From NCBI GenBank assembly GCA_004764695.1, contig SMSO01000032.1, positions 8,526,483 to 8,590,482 on the forward strand: 64,000 nucleotides of DNA, given 5' to 3'. The notes beneath the pieces were generated by a model. The model saw nothing but the letters and a program-made list of their open reading frames with translations. It made no database searches and was not told where the DNA came from. This DNA comes from Schizochytrium sp. TIO01 (Eukaryota > Protista > Bigyra: Labyrinthulomycetes). Positions 27,601 through 40,064 of the stretch are shown one piece after another (positions within the stretch are counted from its first letter, which is position 1; every line of letters begins with the position of its first letter). A program made the position numbers and the translations under genes.

Positions 27601-30600
27601 AAGGGTCTATTCCTCTCACCCTTCGAGCGAGTGTGCAACAATGATGCTGCTTCTGCTGGAAGCATGGAAAACTTAGAGGTGTCGGTAGTATCTCTAGTTG
27701 AAAAGTGATATATTTGAAGCTATCCTGTTCGACGTGTCTCAGACTTGAGCGGACTTTTAGCAGCTTGGTTCAATACGCGTTCCTTATCAGAAGTGATTGT
27801 GAAAAGCATGGTCTTTAGTCCTCTGTTTGTAAAAAGCTTTTCTTCTGCTTCTCATGAGCGATGCACCCACCAAACTAACGCGGCCAGGCACCTTGCACTT
27901 GCGCGTGGCTTCTTCGCACGATTGCCAAGTTGCTGATACGGGAAGAGATGGTACTAAAATTTAATTTTTAAGCAAGATTATTTATGCACCAGCACCAGCA
28001 CCAGCACCAGCAACAAAGGCATTGACACAGAAGATATCATGGAAATAGGACTGTCTGTATTCACTTGCTACAAGGACACTCACTGTACAATGCCTTCTGA
28101 AGCAAAATCAGACCTTGTAACTTTTATGAACAGAAAATGTGGGAAAGAATTCCTTAGGTGAAGAATCCTTCTTACTAAATGACTCTCGTCTCATGTATAT
28201 GTCCACTTTCTCCCAAATAGCACGATTTCGTTCGTGGGTAAGCCAGAACAACACGATTGAAGGTAGTACACGGGTAGTAAGGAAATGAGCGCACGTTCAG
28301 TATCTTCATTTGGAGTAAGATGTGTGCTGGAAACGGACACAATGTGGGAGAGGGTAAATTGTGGAATTGTTTCCGTCTCCAGAGGACGAATTCAAAGCAT
28401 TCTATTTCTTAGCCATGAAAAACCTTAGCTATCCTAAAAGGATGTCGGCATCAGCAATGTATAATTAATATTTTGTAGACCTCAATTCGGTTATGCAAGG
28501 GCATATTGCTATGTGAAGTTACTCATGATGCGGGGTCCGAGTGCTTTACATCGCGAGGCATAGATTCTCAATCCCATACTTTTAAAAAGCCTGTCATACT
28601 AATCAAGATGCTTCCAACTTCGGGCTGAAAGCTTGACTTTCCGAGCTGCCAGTCACCATAGTCCAAGTCGTTCGAGGGTGGTGCCTGCGTGTCATGACCT
28701 ATTATTGTCAACCTGCTCCGAACTAGTGTAATTGGCCTTCAAAAAGATTATTTTTATTTAATTTACCATTGATCAAATATACTTTTAAAACGTTTAGACA
28801 GGGGAAAAGGTGTTAAAAAGAAGACTTGGCAAGCAGTCCAGCTTGCGCGTGCCAAACTAAGCGGTCCAGCTACAAAGCATTATTGCCAAGTTTCACGAAA
28901 GTACATTTATCTGACCAAAAAACGCATCGAGTATCTCAATCAAATTCAAAAAGCTTATCTCTGAAAGGAAACAAAGTGTATAATATTATTAACTAGCAAA
29001 CTTGAACGACGAACTCTTCGAAGCACGGCAACTCGACTTATTCCTGGACAGAAAGCCTCCGCCAACCTTCTGTCGAAATTCAAAACACATTAACCTTCTC
29101 ATTAGCAATAAATGTTGGTCTGGCGGTAATAATATGACATGACCTGTACACCGTATCTTCACAATTTAATTGATTGATTATCGTCATGGTTGTTTTGTTT
29201 TATGCATCTAAACATGGAATCCTGCGTTGATTTTAGCAATATTTGAGTGTCTGTGAGGGACGTAAAACTTCTACGTCTATCACACTTAATAATTCTAAAT
29301 TTACATATTGGTTTGTTTGAAAAGGAGTTTGCATGAGTAAGCGTTTGCTCTAATTTGCAAGAATGAACAATCCCAAGGAAAGTTCCACAGATTAGTGAAA
29401 ATTTCTCAAGCTTCTGTGGGACGACTGTCGATACACATGGATTTTTAATTGCTCATCAAGGATTAACTCTACTTATTATGTGATTTGATTAAAATCTCCT
29501 ATGTGTAGTTGCTGCAAATCTTAGCAGCTGGACCATGTCCAAATCTTCATACATGAAGCACCTCAAGGCTTTTTCAGAAAACGCCGGAACAACATCATCA
29601 TCAAGGTACTACCCGGAACGTCGAGCGTGTGCTATGTGCAGACCCAATGCAGAGCCAGCCCGAGATCCCCAGAACCCAAGCATTGAGCCTGCTCGAGAAA
29701 AACTATTCGTTTCTATTAAATTATAATATCATTACACATGTTCCTTTAATGACTCTACTATAAAGTACTACTAGTAAAGTATGTGCGTATATTTCCTTCT
29801 TAAAAAATAAATAAAAATCATAACGTTAAGAGTATCTATAAATGGATAGGACTGCTCTGAAAAGCTATGCGACAAGCACCCACTGGTAGGGCGCACGCCA
29901 ACTCCTGCGAGCTTTCGGAAACGCAATGTAATAGTTTTAAAGTTGTGTTATCAGAGTTCTGCATACTGTAAACAGTTAAGTAGGCACAGCTTGGTTGCAT
30001 TAATCAAGATTGGCAGTAAATCGCTGCTCAATCGTAACGCTCTCGTAATGCAAAGTGGTAAAAGAAGATAGGCTACAGCCAGAGACAGCAACTTAAAGAA
30101 TCAAGCCAGCAAACCCAGCACTTTCTTAATTCAGCCCTTTTTACTATTGCACCTTATGACATGAACGAAGAAATCCTCGAAGAAGATGAGAACTCCCTAT
30201 TGTGAATCTTGATGTTTATAGAAAGACACTATAAATTCACTTTTAAAGCATCGGCGGGTGGCGAAAAAGAGTCTAGTTGGATTGATTCATCAAATGCGAG
30301 AGCTTGAGCTAAATCGTACCATAATTTTGGAATATATGGATAAGATTTGAAGACGGCTCTTTATCTTATCAACATCAGATATAATCATTTCTCAGAAAAT
30401 GATTCATTGTAAGTCCTCTATCTTTTTCTCGGTTTTAAAGAAGCATAGCCTAAGCAGAGCAGAACAAAAAGAAAACGAACCGTCAAGCAAACAGATGGCT
30501 GGATATATCAGACACTTTATTAGTTCATATGGAGCGTAGCAAACTCATTGAAGAATAACCAAACGGTATTCTGTTCTTAAATACGGTCATGGAATATGAA

Positions 30601-33600
30601 TCTTTGCATATTTATTTGACATCTCAAATAAGCTAAACTACAACGCAATTCTTTGCTGTTACTCCAACTACATTCTTTTACGACTTCAACTTTTTCAAAC
30701 AACAAGAAAACGAAATTTCGTGATCATTTGTAATGGGACAACTCGAAGTTCGAGGTGTAGTTCTATGGGTAGCGCATGGCGGACTTCAGATAAAATTATC
30801 TGGATGCTCTCTTGCATATATAAATAAAGCACATTTCATGTATTAAAATCACTCTGCAGGCCCATTGCTGACGAGCTGACTCTTTCGGATCATGTCATCT
30901 CTGACACTTGAACGCATGGGTCTTGTATTTACTTTAACTTTGTCCTCATGGCCTAAAAACCCTCTAAGAATAGTAAAATTTTGTCAAGTGTAAGTTCTCC
31001 CATTTGCCTTTCATTCACTTGGATCACTCTATACTTGAAATGCCATATACAACAGGACAGAGCTATAATTGCTTTTTTAATTTACGCTTTTTATAATACC
31101 CAGTATTTTTCATTCGTATTAATATATATAATGAAGAGCTATGAAATAAAAACGAGTCACTCACTCACACTCCCTCATCACTCGCTCATTTCCCCCATCT
31201 CTCACTCCCTTTCTTCCTCTAGTCCTTCCTTACTTCCAATTGGCGCTAAAATCCGTCATTCTTCCAACTTGCCTTTCACTGCCTTCCTTCCTGTCTTTAG
31301 TACTGCCTCCTCCCCATTCAACATTAAAACTGCTTTACTTTTTAGACTCTTTTTTTAAATAAATTTTATTAGAAGGTATACTATCAATTTCGGCCAGATC
31401 ACTTTGAATTCTTTTTTAATTAAAATAGTTTATAATTATTAACATTATCATATGTTTTCTGAGGTACTGGTATCTATGAAGACTTGCAAGAACTGCGTCT
31501 TCAAGATTCCGTGGAGACTAAGATTATGCAAACTTTTGCATCCACTGCTCACCCCAAGCACTGTAGTATGATTCTCTTTGCTGTGAGCCTTCTCTGAGCT
31601 CATATGATGATCGTTCGAATCAGCTATTCTTTTCATAGAGAGACTAAAACCAGGAAGAACAGGATGGAGAACAAAAAGAACGAAAGACAGGCTTCAAACT
31701 GGCAAAGTGAAATGGCGAGAAGAGACCGCGTTTGCAGATTCGCCAGCTTAGCACCGCAGTAATTTCCCGCTGCTAGCTGACACCGCAGAAGAAAAACTCA
31801 AGCAGGTCACCACAAATTTATATAGGAGTTTCCGCTTTCTCTCTCAATGATGTAGTGTGATCTAGCGTATCCTTCTCATACTGCGTTGCTCTGCTTGCTT
31901 TAACTACTGCTATCTTCAATTTATTTTATATCGGACGCACTTTTGGACCGCGACCCGAAATCACAGACTTGCGCGGATTGGTAGGTGATTATGCGTTATG
32001 AGTGTATTTCGACTGCTTGGTGAGAAACTAAGATGAAAATGACGCTTGTGTCAGTTGCTTGTTTGAATCGTATCAGAACAGCGAACTACCGTGCAACCTA
32101 AGCACATTATTACTGCCACTCTCGTCGAAGAGCCTGTTTCGACGGATTCCCATTATACTAGGCTATTCTATGATTGTAAACTAGCACCAGGAGTATAAGT
32201 TATGAATTGATTGATCTTGATACAAAACACGAAATAGATCCGTGAATTTCCGTATTTAAGTGCAGGAATAATGACTTGGAGGCTGGTAAGGAGTTAACGT
32301 TCCTACCGCCATTCAAACAAGTTCACTTGCTATACACGTGTTGCCTGTATTCCTCAATTCGATTGATTGTTAAAACACAAGAATAGATCATCATGCTTGA
32401 GGGTGCAAAACTGAAAGGTCACCGATGGAGATGAAGAGGTGACAGCAAGAACAACACTGCACGCATCATTGTAGAAGTAATTATTTCAGTTTGATCCTCG
32501 AAATGGCAAAAAAGAGAACAGATTTCTTGGTAGCTTATTTTAAGACTGGAGCGTAGATGGAGCAGGTACAGGGTGACAGAGAATTTTCCGTCGGGTATGC
32601 ACAGCGTCATACCATGACTCTTGGGAGTCTGAGCTCGGGGACCGTGTTTCTAAACAGACCCTTATTAGCAACCTTAACGTATGGACCAATATATATGATA
32701 AGGACAATGTCTTTTACTTATAATCTATTGTTTTTTTAATTATTTGAATGTAAGCCGATTAAGTATCTGTTTTTCTTACATTTCCTATCATATATCATAA
32801 CTTGCTTGTTCTTATTAATCCAAAATCAAACAATTTTTTTTTGGTCCACTGACTGGCAAAGTGCCTGGCTGACGGCCGGGTCTGGTGTGGGTACGCATTG
32901 GGAAGATCAGCTGAGCTATGCAGAGCTTTAGTACTGATTAAATAAATCAATAAAGTAAATAAAGTATTAAAAATAAAAGTAAAAAAGTACAAAGTTTTAA
33001 CTTTTCAAAATACTGAACTAGCGCTTTTACCATTATTTTAAACAATAAATAAATAAAAGATCATCAACCTCAAAACGAGAAGTTGAAAAGAGTAAAAAAG
33101 TAGTACCTAACTACTATGTTTAAGGCCTTCAAGTGGAGGATCGCAAGAAGAACAAAGTTGAAAGAAATTAGGCACCGAGGACAATAGAGTAGCGATGCAA
33201 AAGCAGCAGTAGCGCACCTGCCTACGACCAGTTATCATCCATTTGGTATAAAGAAAGTCGTTCCTCCACCCGAAAAAGGTAAACATTGCGCTCTTTTACT
33301 CATAAAAATAGGCAGGTTTTCAATTTAGAGAAAGAAGAAACATTAAGTTAGAAAGCCACCTTGGCGGTAATATATTCTCGACTCTTCAGTTCCATTTATG
33401 CAGTTTTAAGGGGGAAATGTTTCCTACTTAAAAGTCTTTTTTTAAAAGACCTCCTCATCTTCGATCATTGGATCGCGAAGAAGAGCCTGGAGTAGCGGCC
33501 GCAGAAAACTCATTGTAGAAGGGGGAAAAAATCCCATGCTTTTTTTTTCTTTCAATGAGGCGGCGAACAGAGAGATAGAGAGGATTGATCCATGAGGGGC

Positions 33601-34365
33601 TAAAGCTGTGTCATTTGTGCTTACCAACACTGAGCACGGACTCTAGGCAAGCACTCGAGGTGAAGTCCCCCCACTAAGTCGGAGATGTGGCACACCAAAT
33701 ATGCTCCGATACAAGAAAGGGCAGTGCAGCGAAGCACAACACCTAGAATCACTTTTCAGGCTCATGATTTGCTGTAAAAGACATAGGTTTTGCTCTGATT
33801 GTATACTCTTAGCACGTCTTAATGAATGGGCCTCTTCGATTTGGCAGTCCCTTCTGTTATCCATGTGCCCATACCGCTTCTTTTAGAACAGCCAAACCTG
33901 GTTCGAATGCTTAGTAAGCCCTTCTTCAGTTGACCTCATCTAGGAAATACTACGAATTTTAAAGTTTAAAAAGATGAACCAAGATCATATTCCATTTAGT
34001 TTTATTTTACTTTCAACTTTTCATAAGAAAATTATTTGTTTGGTTTTGCTCAATGGAGAAAGAATCAAAATTAGAGAGACAACTCGATGAACTATGCAAG
34101 AACCTACCAAAGCAGGACGCCAAGCAATTGAACGTAGACGGCGTCGCCTGAAAGCTTACTAAATGAAAGCCTGGGTATTCGTTTCCATACGATGATGCTT
34201 CGTGTGCCTGTGCTGACTAAACTGACTTCTGGCCTTGCCTCCACTCTTAGGTACCACGTCTCTTCTGCTGCTTTTGCAGCGCCCGGTTCGAAGCCCAGCG
34301 TCTCTCCTTTAGTTGACGCACGGGTCGATTCCCACTGTCAAAAGTACTTCATGTTTATTTAACTT

Positions 34366-34367
34366 TT

Positions 34368-34399
<32 letters not shown>
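34366..34399. repeat. (TTTC)n microsatellite
   Basis: Directly visible. Confidence 0.9.
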
Positions 34400-35725
34400 T
34401 TAATTAAAAAGAAAAGAAAAGAAATACTATTATTCTTCAAGTCTTTTTTGGAGTTAGCATTATTCGGAGTTAGCAGTTAGGGTTTTTTTGCTTTTAACCC
34501 AAAGTCTTTACGAGTTTATTCTCTCTTTCTTTTCTTTCCAAAATAATAATTCCATTCGAGGTCTTTCTCTTTCATTTTCCTTTTTCTTTTGTTTTTGCAA
34601 TAATCTTCCAAAGACTAGTCACAGTTAGGGGTGTTGTACGGTGACAGGATTTTAGTTGGAGTTTCCACTTTCGCAAGGCACTTGCTTTTTCAAAGAGAAA
34701 AGAAGGAAGAAGGGGATCGATCTGTAAAATATTCTGCAACTCACGCGTTGGAGAGGGGAACTTTGCGATACTCAATTTGGTGCGCGAGAGGAAGGAAGAA
34801 ACAAGCAACCAGCGAGCCAACGAACGAACTAACGAACGAATGCTTTAACTTCCCTAGATGTTAATATAGTGCAAGTAAAATCGTTTTTTTAGTTCTTACG
34901 GAAATTTTAATTGACAAAGTAAGGACCTTTTTGTTTGTTTTTATTTTTGTTTTTAGGATAAAACAAAAAAGCGCATTGTCGAAAAAACAAACAAACAAAC
35001 AACAAACTCGCGGAGCCTTCAGGCTTGCGGAATCAGCAGCTCGAGCTTGGAGTCCAGCACCGCTCATCGTTGCCTGCTTGCCACAGGAACAGCAAGGAAG
35101 CGAGGGCCTGGAGGAGAGACCGCTGTTCTATCCTCTGTCATCCTCACGGCGTCCTCACGGTCACCAAACGCCAAACGGAGCTCGAGCAAATCAAAGCGCT
35201 CGCTTTACTCGCTCTGTTGAATTCGTTTGTAAACAAGGCCCTCATCTGTCTTTCTCCCTTCTGTAAGGTTGAACTCACGGCTTGCTCAGTTTGAAGGCTA
35301 GCAAACCCCAAACACATAGAGCTCCGAGGCGGTGCAGCCGGAGTTAGTCACACAACCTTCTTACTGCTTATATCAATTGAAGGGCCAATTCCGCATACTC
35401 TACGATTACACATTGCATTGACATCATTTTGAGACGCAGGTGGGATCATCATCTGTGAGGCCAGAAGCTGTAGACCTACATTCAAACTCAAGCCACGTCT
35501 TGACCGTGCCTACCAAAGGCCGGCATTTGACTAGAGTACAAAACGTCATCGAAACGAACCGCACGTGGGACTGTGGCGAGGTCCCGAAGCGCCCTCAAGA
35601 GGCGACGTCGCAACCCCGCCACGAGATCAGCCTCTGCCATTTCAGAGCAAGTCAATTCTCGCAAATTTGCCCCGAGACAATTAGAGATTAGAAGCAGCAG
35701 CAGTAACAGTAACCGCAACAACAAC

Positions 35726-36220
35726 ATGGCAGAACTCCACCAGAGATCCAGCTTGAGAAGCCACGTGGTTTGCCCTGCATTCACCATGCCATTACCACCC
35801 TCATCTAAATCTGTCTTTGAAACCGCCAACTTCGCAACAGCAACATCCATGGAAGCCTCCTCTCCAAGGCCACTATCGAGGACGAAGGCGATGGTCTTGC
35901 GGCGTACTGAGGCACAAAAAGCCCAGTTGCAGAGCCAAAACTCTCTGCAAAGGTTACACGACTCTCAGCAATCTAGTAACAGTGCAGGGTCAAGCAACGT
36001 TAACCTTGGTTACTTTGAGGAGGGACTTCAACAGCAGGACCAGAGGCGCCGCCGTCCGAGAGTATACCGCGCGAGGGCAAAAGCCTGTCTGAGCTTGCCC
36101 TATGTTCATAAAGAAGGCGACAAAGTCACCGTGTACTCTTCCTTCGATAGCTACAAACAGCAAGAACAAGAAGACGTACCGGGCAAACAGAGCCATTCAG
36201 ACAAGTCTTCCAAATTATAA
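35726..36220 (+). CDS. Hypothetical low-complexity protein (~164 aa) ending in a PTS1-like -SKL
   Basis: ORF 35573..36220 is open; first ATG at 35726 in a good context (aacATGG). Q/S/R-rich; ends gac aag tct tcc aaa tta taa = DKSSKL*. No family recognised. Confidence 0.6.
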   Translation: MAELHQRSSLRSHVVCPAFTMPLPPSSKSVFETANFATATSMEASSPRPLSRTKAMVLRRTEAQKAQLQSQNSLQRLHDSQQSSNSAGSSNVNLGYFEEGLQQQDQRRRRPRVYRARAKACLSLPYVHKEGDKVTVYSSFDSYKQQEQEDVPGKQSHSDKSSKL

Positions 36221-37643
36221 ATCTGACTGGTTAGTTTCCGTGATTGCTCATGTGGCCTGCAACGAGCATTAATCTACCATTCACGACATGTCTTTAGACA
36301 GAGCAAGCAAGTTAATGACTCTCTCATATTCGGGAGGATTGCCTTCTTTCCGTATCTGCTCGCTGATGTTTGCTCTTCGTGTACTTCATTTCTCGCTACA
36401 TGGTATCAGGGAGAAAACCCATCGCTTATCATACTCCAGCCTAAATCACAAGCTCCAGGTAGCACCTGCTTCACACGGTTGCTTCCTCGCACCCAATTTT
36501 GTTCCACAATGTGTTCATCTGTCCTTTGTTGTCACACACGAGATCGCCATATTCGTGCACGCGCCTCATGTAGAATGAGGTGCGATTGCATCAAAGATCA
36601 CCTTGTGCGCTCTTCACACTAATTTTTCAAGACTCTTGTATACCACTTACACTACTTATACATCGTGGTTTAAGGAGTACACGCATGCCCAGAAGTTTCT
36701 GCTCTTATTACAAAAATATCACGATCGAGCTTCATCTTCTGAGGTCGCGTCAATTTCCTGGGCTTTGTATTGCGCAGCTATCGTGCAATGTCGCTTTGTT
36801 TCTCTTCTTCACAAACAATTGTACGTAGGCCCGTTAACTTGTTAGCTTGACTTATAAGCGCCATATAGATTCTGAGTCAGTGTCAGGTCAGTTGCTGATT
36901 TGCATCGCTTGGTATTTCACAAGCAATAGTCACCTAATGTAGCCAAACTTTACAAATAACCCTTTGTGCTAATCTATTTCTATAATCTTTTACTTTCAGT
37001 CAGCTTCTACTCGTACTAGGTTCAACAAAAGTGAATAATTATCTCTCAACAGCTCCCCAGCCTGAGCACGGCACAGATCTGAAGTACATTTATTGATTCA
37101 CAGAAATGAAATTTGCAGATACACGTCCATGTGAAGGTCTCCTCTAGCCAGCTCCGCCATCGTTTATAATAAACTATATCGAGCACGAATAATTCATATT
37201 TGTATGAAAAACCTAGCTTTGCGAACTTTGATAACCATTTGTGAGCAATATCTTCAAGCATCATCTCCTCCAATCCGCTGCTTGAAGGTTTCATGCGCAG
37301 ATTTGTACCACCTTTCTTCATGAAGAGGAGCCTAGTACTCCCTGTTACAACTACTACTAGTACCTTACTATAGGAGCAGCAGTACTAGTTGGAGCAGAGC
37401 GACGGACCTCTATTGCCTATTTACAAAAAACAATAGGAGTGAAGAATTGAAGATCAAATAAGGCTGACGCGCAGGAGCTGCGCGAGTAGAGACCATATTG
37501 AAAACATCTTCACTCAAAGAAGCTCTGAGTAGAATCGTGACGTTGGATTCCGAGCCTAGCACGCGCTGCAAAGGACTGACGTGAAGGCTCATTAGAGCTT
37601 TTGTAGACGAATAGAGAAGTGCAAAACCACGGAAAACTAGACA

Positions 37644-39171
37644 ATGGCTAACAAGCAGGACGAAGATCTGCTCGCGGTGGAGGAGGCCCTCCGTCGAGCC
37701 TCAGTCAAGATCTACGATGAGATCCAGCAGCACATTGGCTGGACCGGAGACGAAATTTGTAAGTTGAATCGCTTCTAGTTTAATGATCTGCAAGGGGTTC
37801 TTTCCTTCCGCTGATGTGGTCAGCTTCTTACCCAGGGACAAAAGAAAAGCTCACTTAGGAATGGAATGGAATGGCAATATAGAACAATCTCCTCTCTTGC
37901 GCACGACAGAATTCCAAGAAAGCAGAATGGATGACTAATGGAGATAATGAGTACGTGATTTGGGAATTTATGCAACCCACTCGTTCATGCGTTGCTGATT
38001 GAGACATGCAGCCTCTTTCATTAAGGAAAAACCTGGTCAGACCAAAACTGAGAAGGTCAATGTGAGTGGAGATAAGGTTTTGCAGCTTGACATGCTTGCT
38101 GACAAGCATGTCGAAGACGCTCTTCGTGACTGCCCTGTAGTTGCTGGATTTGCATCGGAGGAACGCGATGATTTCGTGGTGCTCAACCCTGAAGGCAAAT
38201 ATCTTGTAGTCTTTGACCCTCTCGATGGATCCCAGAACGTCCCAGTCGGAATCACTGTTGGCGCCATCTTTGGTGTCTTTGAGGCCCGCAACCTCGAGGA
38301 GGTCAACAAGGGTGACGAGATCGTTGCTGCCGGCTACGCCCTTTTCTCTTCGGCCCTTCAGTTTGCCTACTGCACCCGCACCAAGCCTGTGCATCTCAGT
38401 CAATACAGCTTTGTTGATAAGGATTGGGTGATCTTCCTCGACAATGTCCAACAGCCCAAGAAGGGTAACACGTATGCTATCAACGAAGGAAGTTGCGCCA
38501 ACTGGGATGACATCGTTGCTACATTTGTTGCTCAGCATCTCCGCGGTCGTTCAGTTCGCTGGATGTGCTGCATGGTTGCCGACGTATCTCGTCAGCTTCT
38601 TCAGGGTGGCTGCTTTCTTTACCCTGCCGACAAAAAGTACCCCAAGGGTCGTCTTCGCCTTGTATACGAAGCGGTAAGTTCAACATTGATTTCCCGTCAC
38701 TCGTGCATCCTAGTCCGCATTCAATGTTCAAGTCATTTGCGGGCTAAAAGTTTGAGGGTTCACGAGGCCTTTCGGCTCATTTGACTAACTTTTCTGTTCT
38801 GTGTATGCGATGTGCGCCCTTGTAACACTCGAAAATAATCCCAGGTCCCGCTGGCCTTCATGTGGGAGCGCGCCGGTAATGGCAAAGCATATGCCAACAT
38901 CAAGGGTGAGCGTATCCTGGATCTCCCTATCCCACATGACGACGTTCACTGCCGCTGCGGTGTTATCTTCCTGGGTGAAGACGAGGCTTCCAAATTCGAT
39001 CGCCTCCGTGAGAGTGCGCCCTCTTGGCTCGGTGGCCAACCTGAGGCCAAGGCAAAGGTTCAGAGCTCCAAGAATGAGGAGGAGGCCGTTGCAGAGACGA
39101 GCATGCTTCGGAAGGCCCTTGCTGCCTTTGCTGTAATCAACCTTGTCCTGCTCTACCGCGCCACTCGCTGA
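37644..39171 (+). CDS. FBP: Fructose-1,6-bisphosphatase class I, 3 exons (37644-37758, 38012-38673, 38845-39171; 367 aa) with a C-terminal hydrophobic tail
   Basis: Motifs NVSGDKVLQLD, SEE, FDPLDGS, NEG, MVADV, GGCFLYP, GRLRLVYEA|VPLAF. Introns 37759-38011 and 38674-38844 are both GTAAGT..CAG with matching phases; intron 2 has a GACTAAC branch point. Spliced length 1104 nt. Confidence 0.95.
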
Positions 39172-39645
39172 CCAATTTAAAACAGCTAGGATACAAGCTC
39201 TTCCATACAACCCGCTGGCCTCCTTCAATCCAACCAATCGAATCACTATGATCCCACTATCACATGTTTTGCTTTGAATTATCCTTTTTTAATGGCCTTC
39301 TTTACTTCAACTTCAATATCATTTCTCCCATAATTAAATCCTTTGCAAACTACATGTTGACTTGTTTGTACCAGCAGCAACTTTGTTACTGGAAGCTATC
39401 CTCCATATTTTTAACTGGAACGGATAGACTTCCCCGTGCTTGAAGTTGACACGGTATGTGAATAAGTCAAGATACAACGACTTGATATTCTACATTTCCC
39501 AATTTCTTTATCGCTAATATGTATGTAAAGCAACAGTAATCAATCTACAAGGTAATAAGTTCATGTTTGGTATAAAAAATTGCTATAGGAAAAAGAGAAC
39601 CAAATATAAGATTTCTGATAAGTAATCTTAACGACCTGATGAGTT

Positions 39646-39746
39646 CTTGACTTGACTTGACTTGATTTGATTTGATTTAATTTGACTTGACTTGACTTGA
39701 CTTGACTTGACTTGGCTTGACTTGATTTGACTTGATTTGACTTGAC
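39646..39746. repeat. (GACTT/GATTT)n pentanucleotide repeat between the convergent FBPase and cytochrome b561 genes
   Basis: Directly visible; grades into GACGT/GACAT/GATGT variants up to ~39840. Confidence 0.9.
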
Positions 39747-40064
39747 ATGACATATGTGACGTGAAGCGACGTGAAGTGACATCACGAGACGTCACGAGAT
39801 CAAAAGGAGATGACGTGACATGATGTGATGTGGCATGACTTCAATGTGGCTTGACAGGGTTTCACAAAACCTGGACATTTTGACTGGACTCGGAGTGATT
39901 TAGCTTTGCTTGTCATCAGCTGTGAGACCTCATCTTAAACGCATGTACAACGAGCCAATACCACGATCGATGAGCGACTGTTTGCTGAAGAACAAGCCTG
40001 ACGCTCTTCAATAGTAAAATTAAAGGCATAGACCCGTGTCTTTCTGCAATCAGGTGATCCACAT

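Noticed and set aside
28027-28045. Loose resemblance to the U6 ACAGAGA region
   Set aside because: ACAGAGA box is not intact and the flanking U6 sequence is absent.
34285-34336. tRNA T-loop/B-box-like strings GGTTCGAAGCC and GGGTCGATTCC
   Set aside because: T-stem and acceptor stem do not pair; no A-box or cloverleaf found.
37855-38538. 227-aa antisense ORF over FBPase
   Set aside because: Codon-bias shadow of the real gene.
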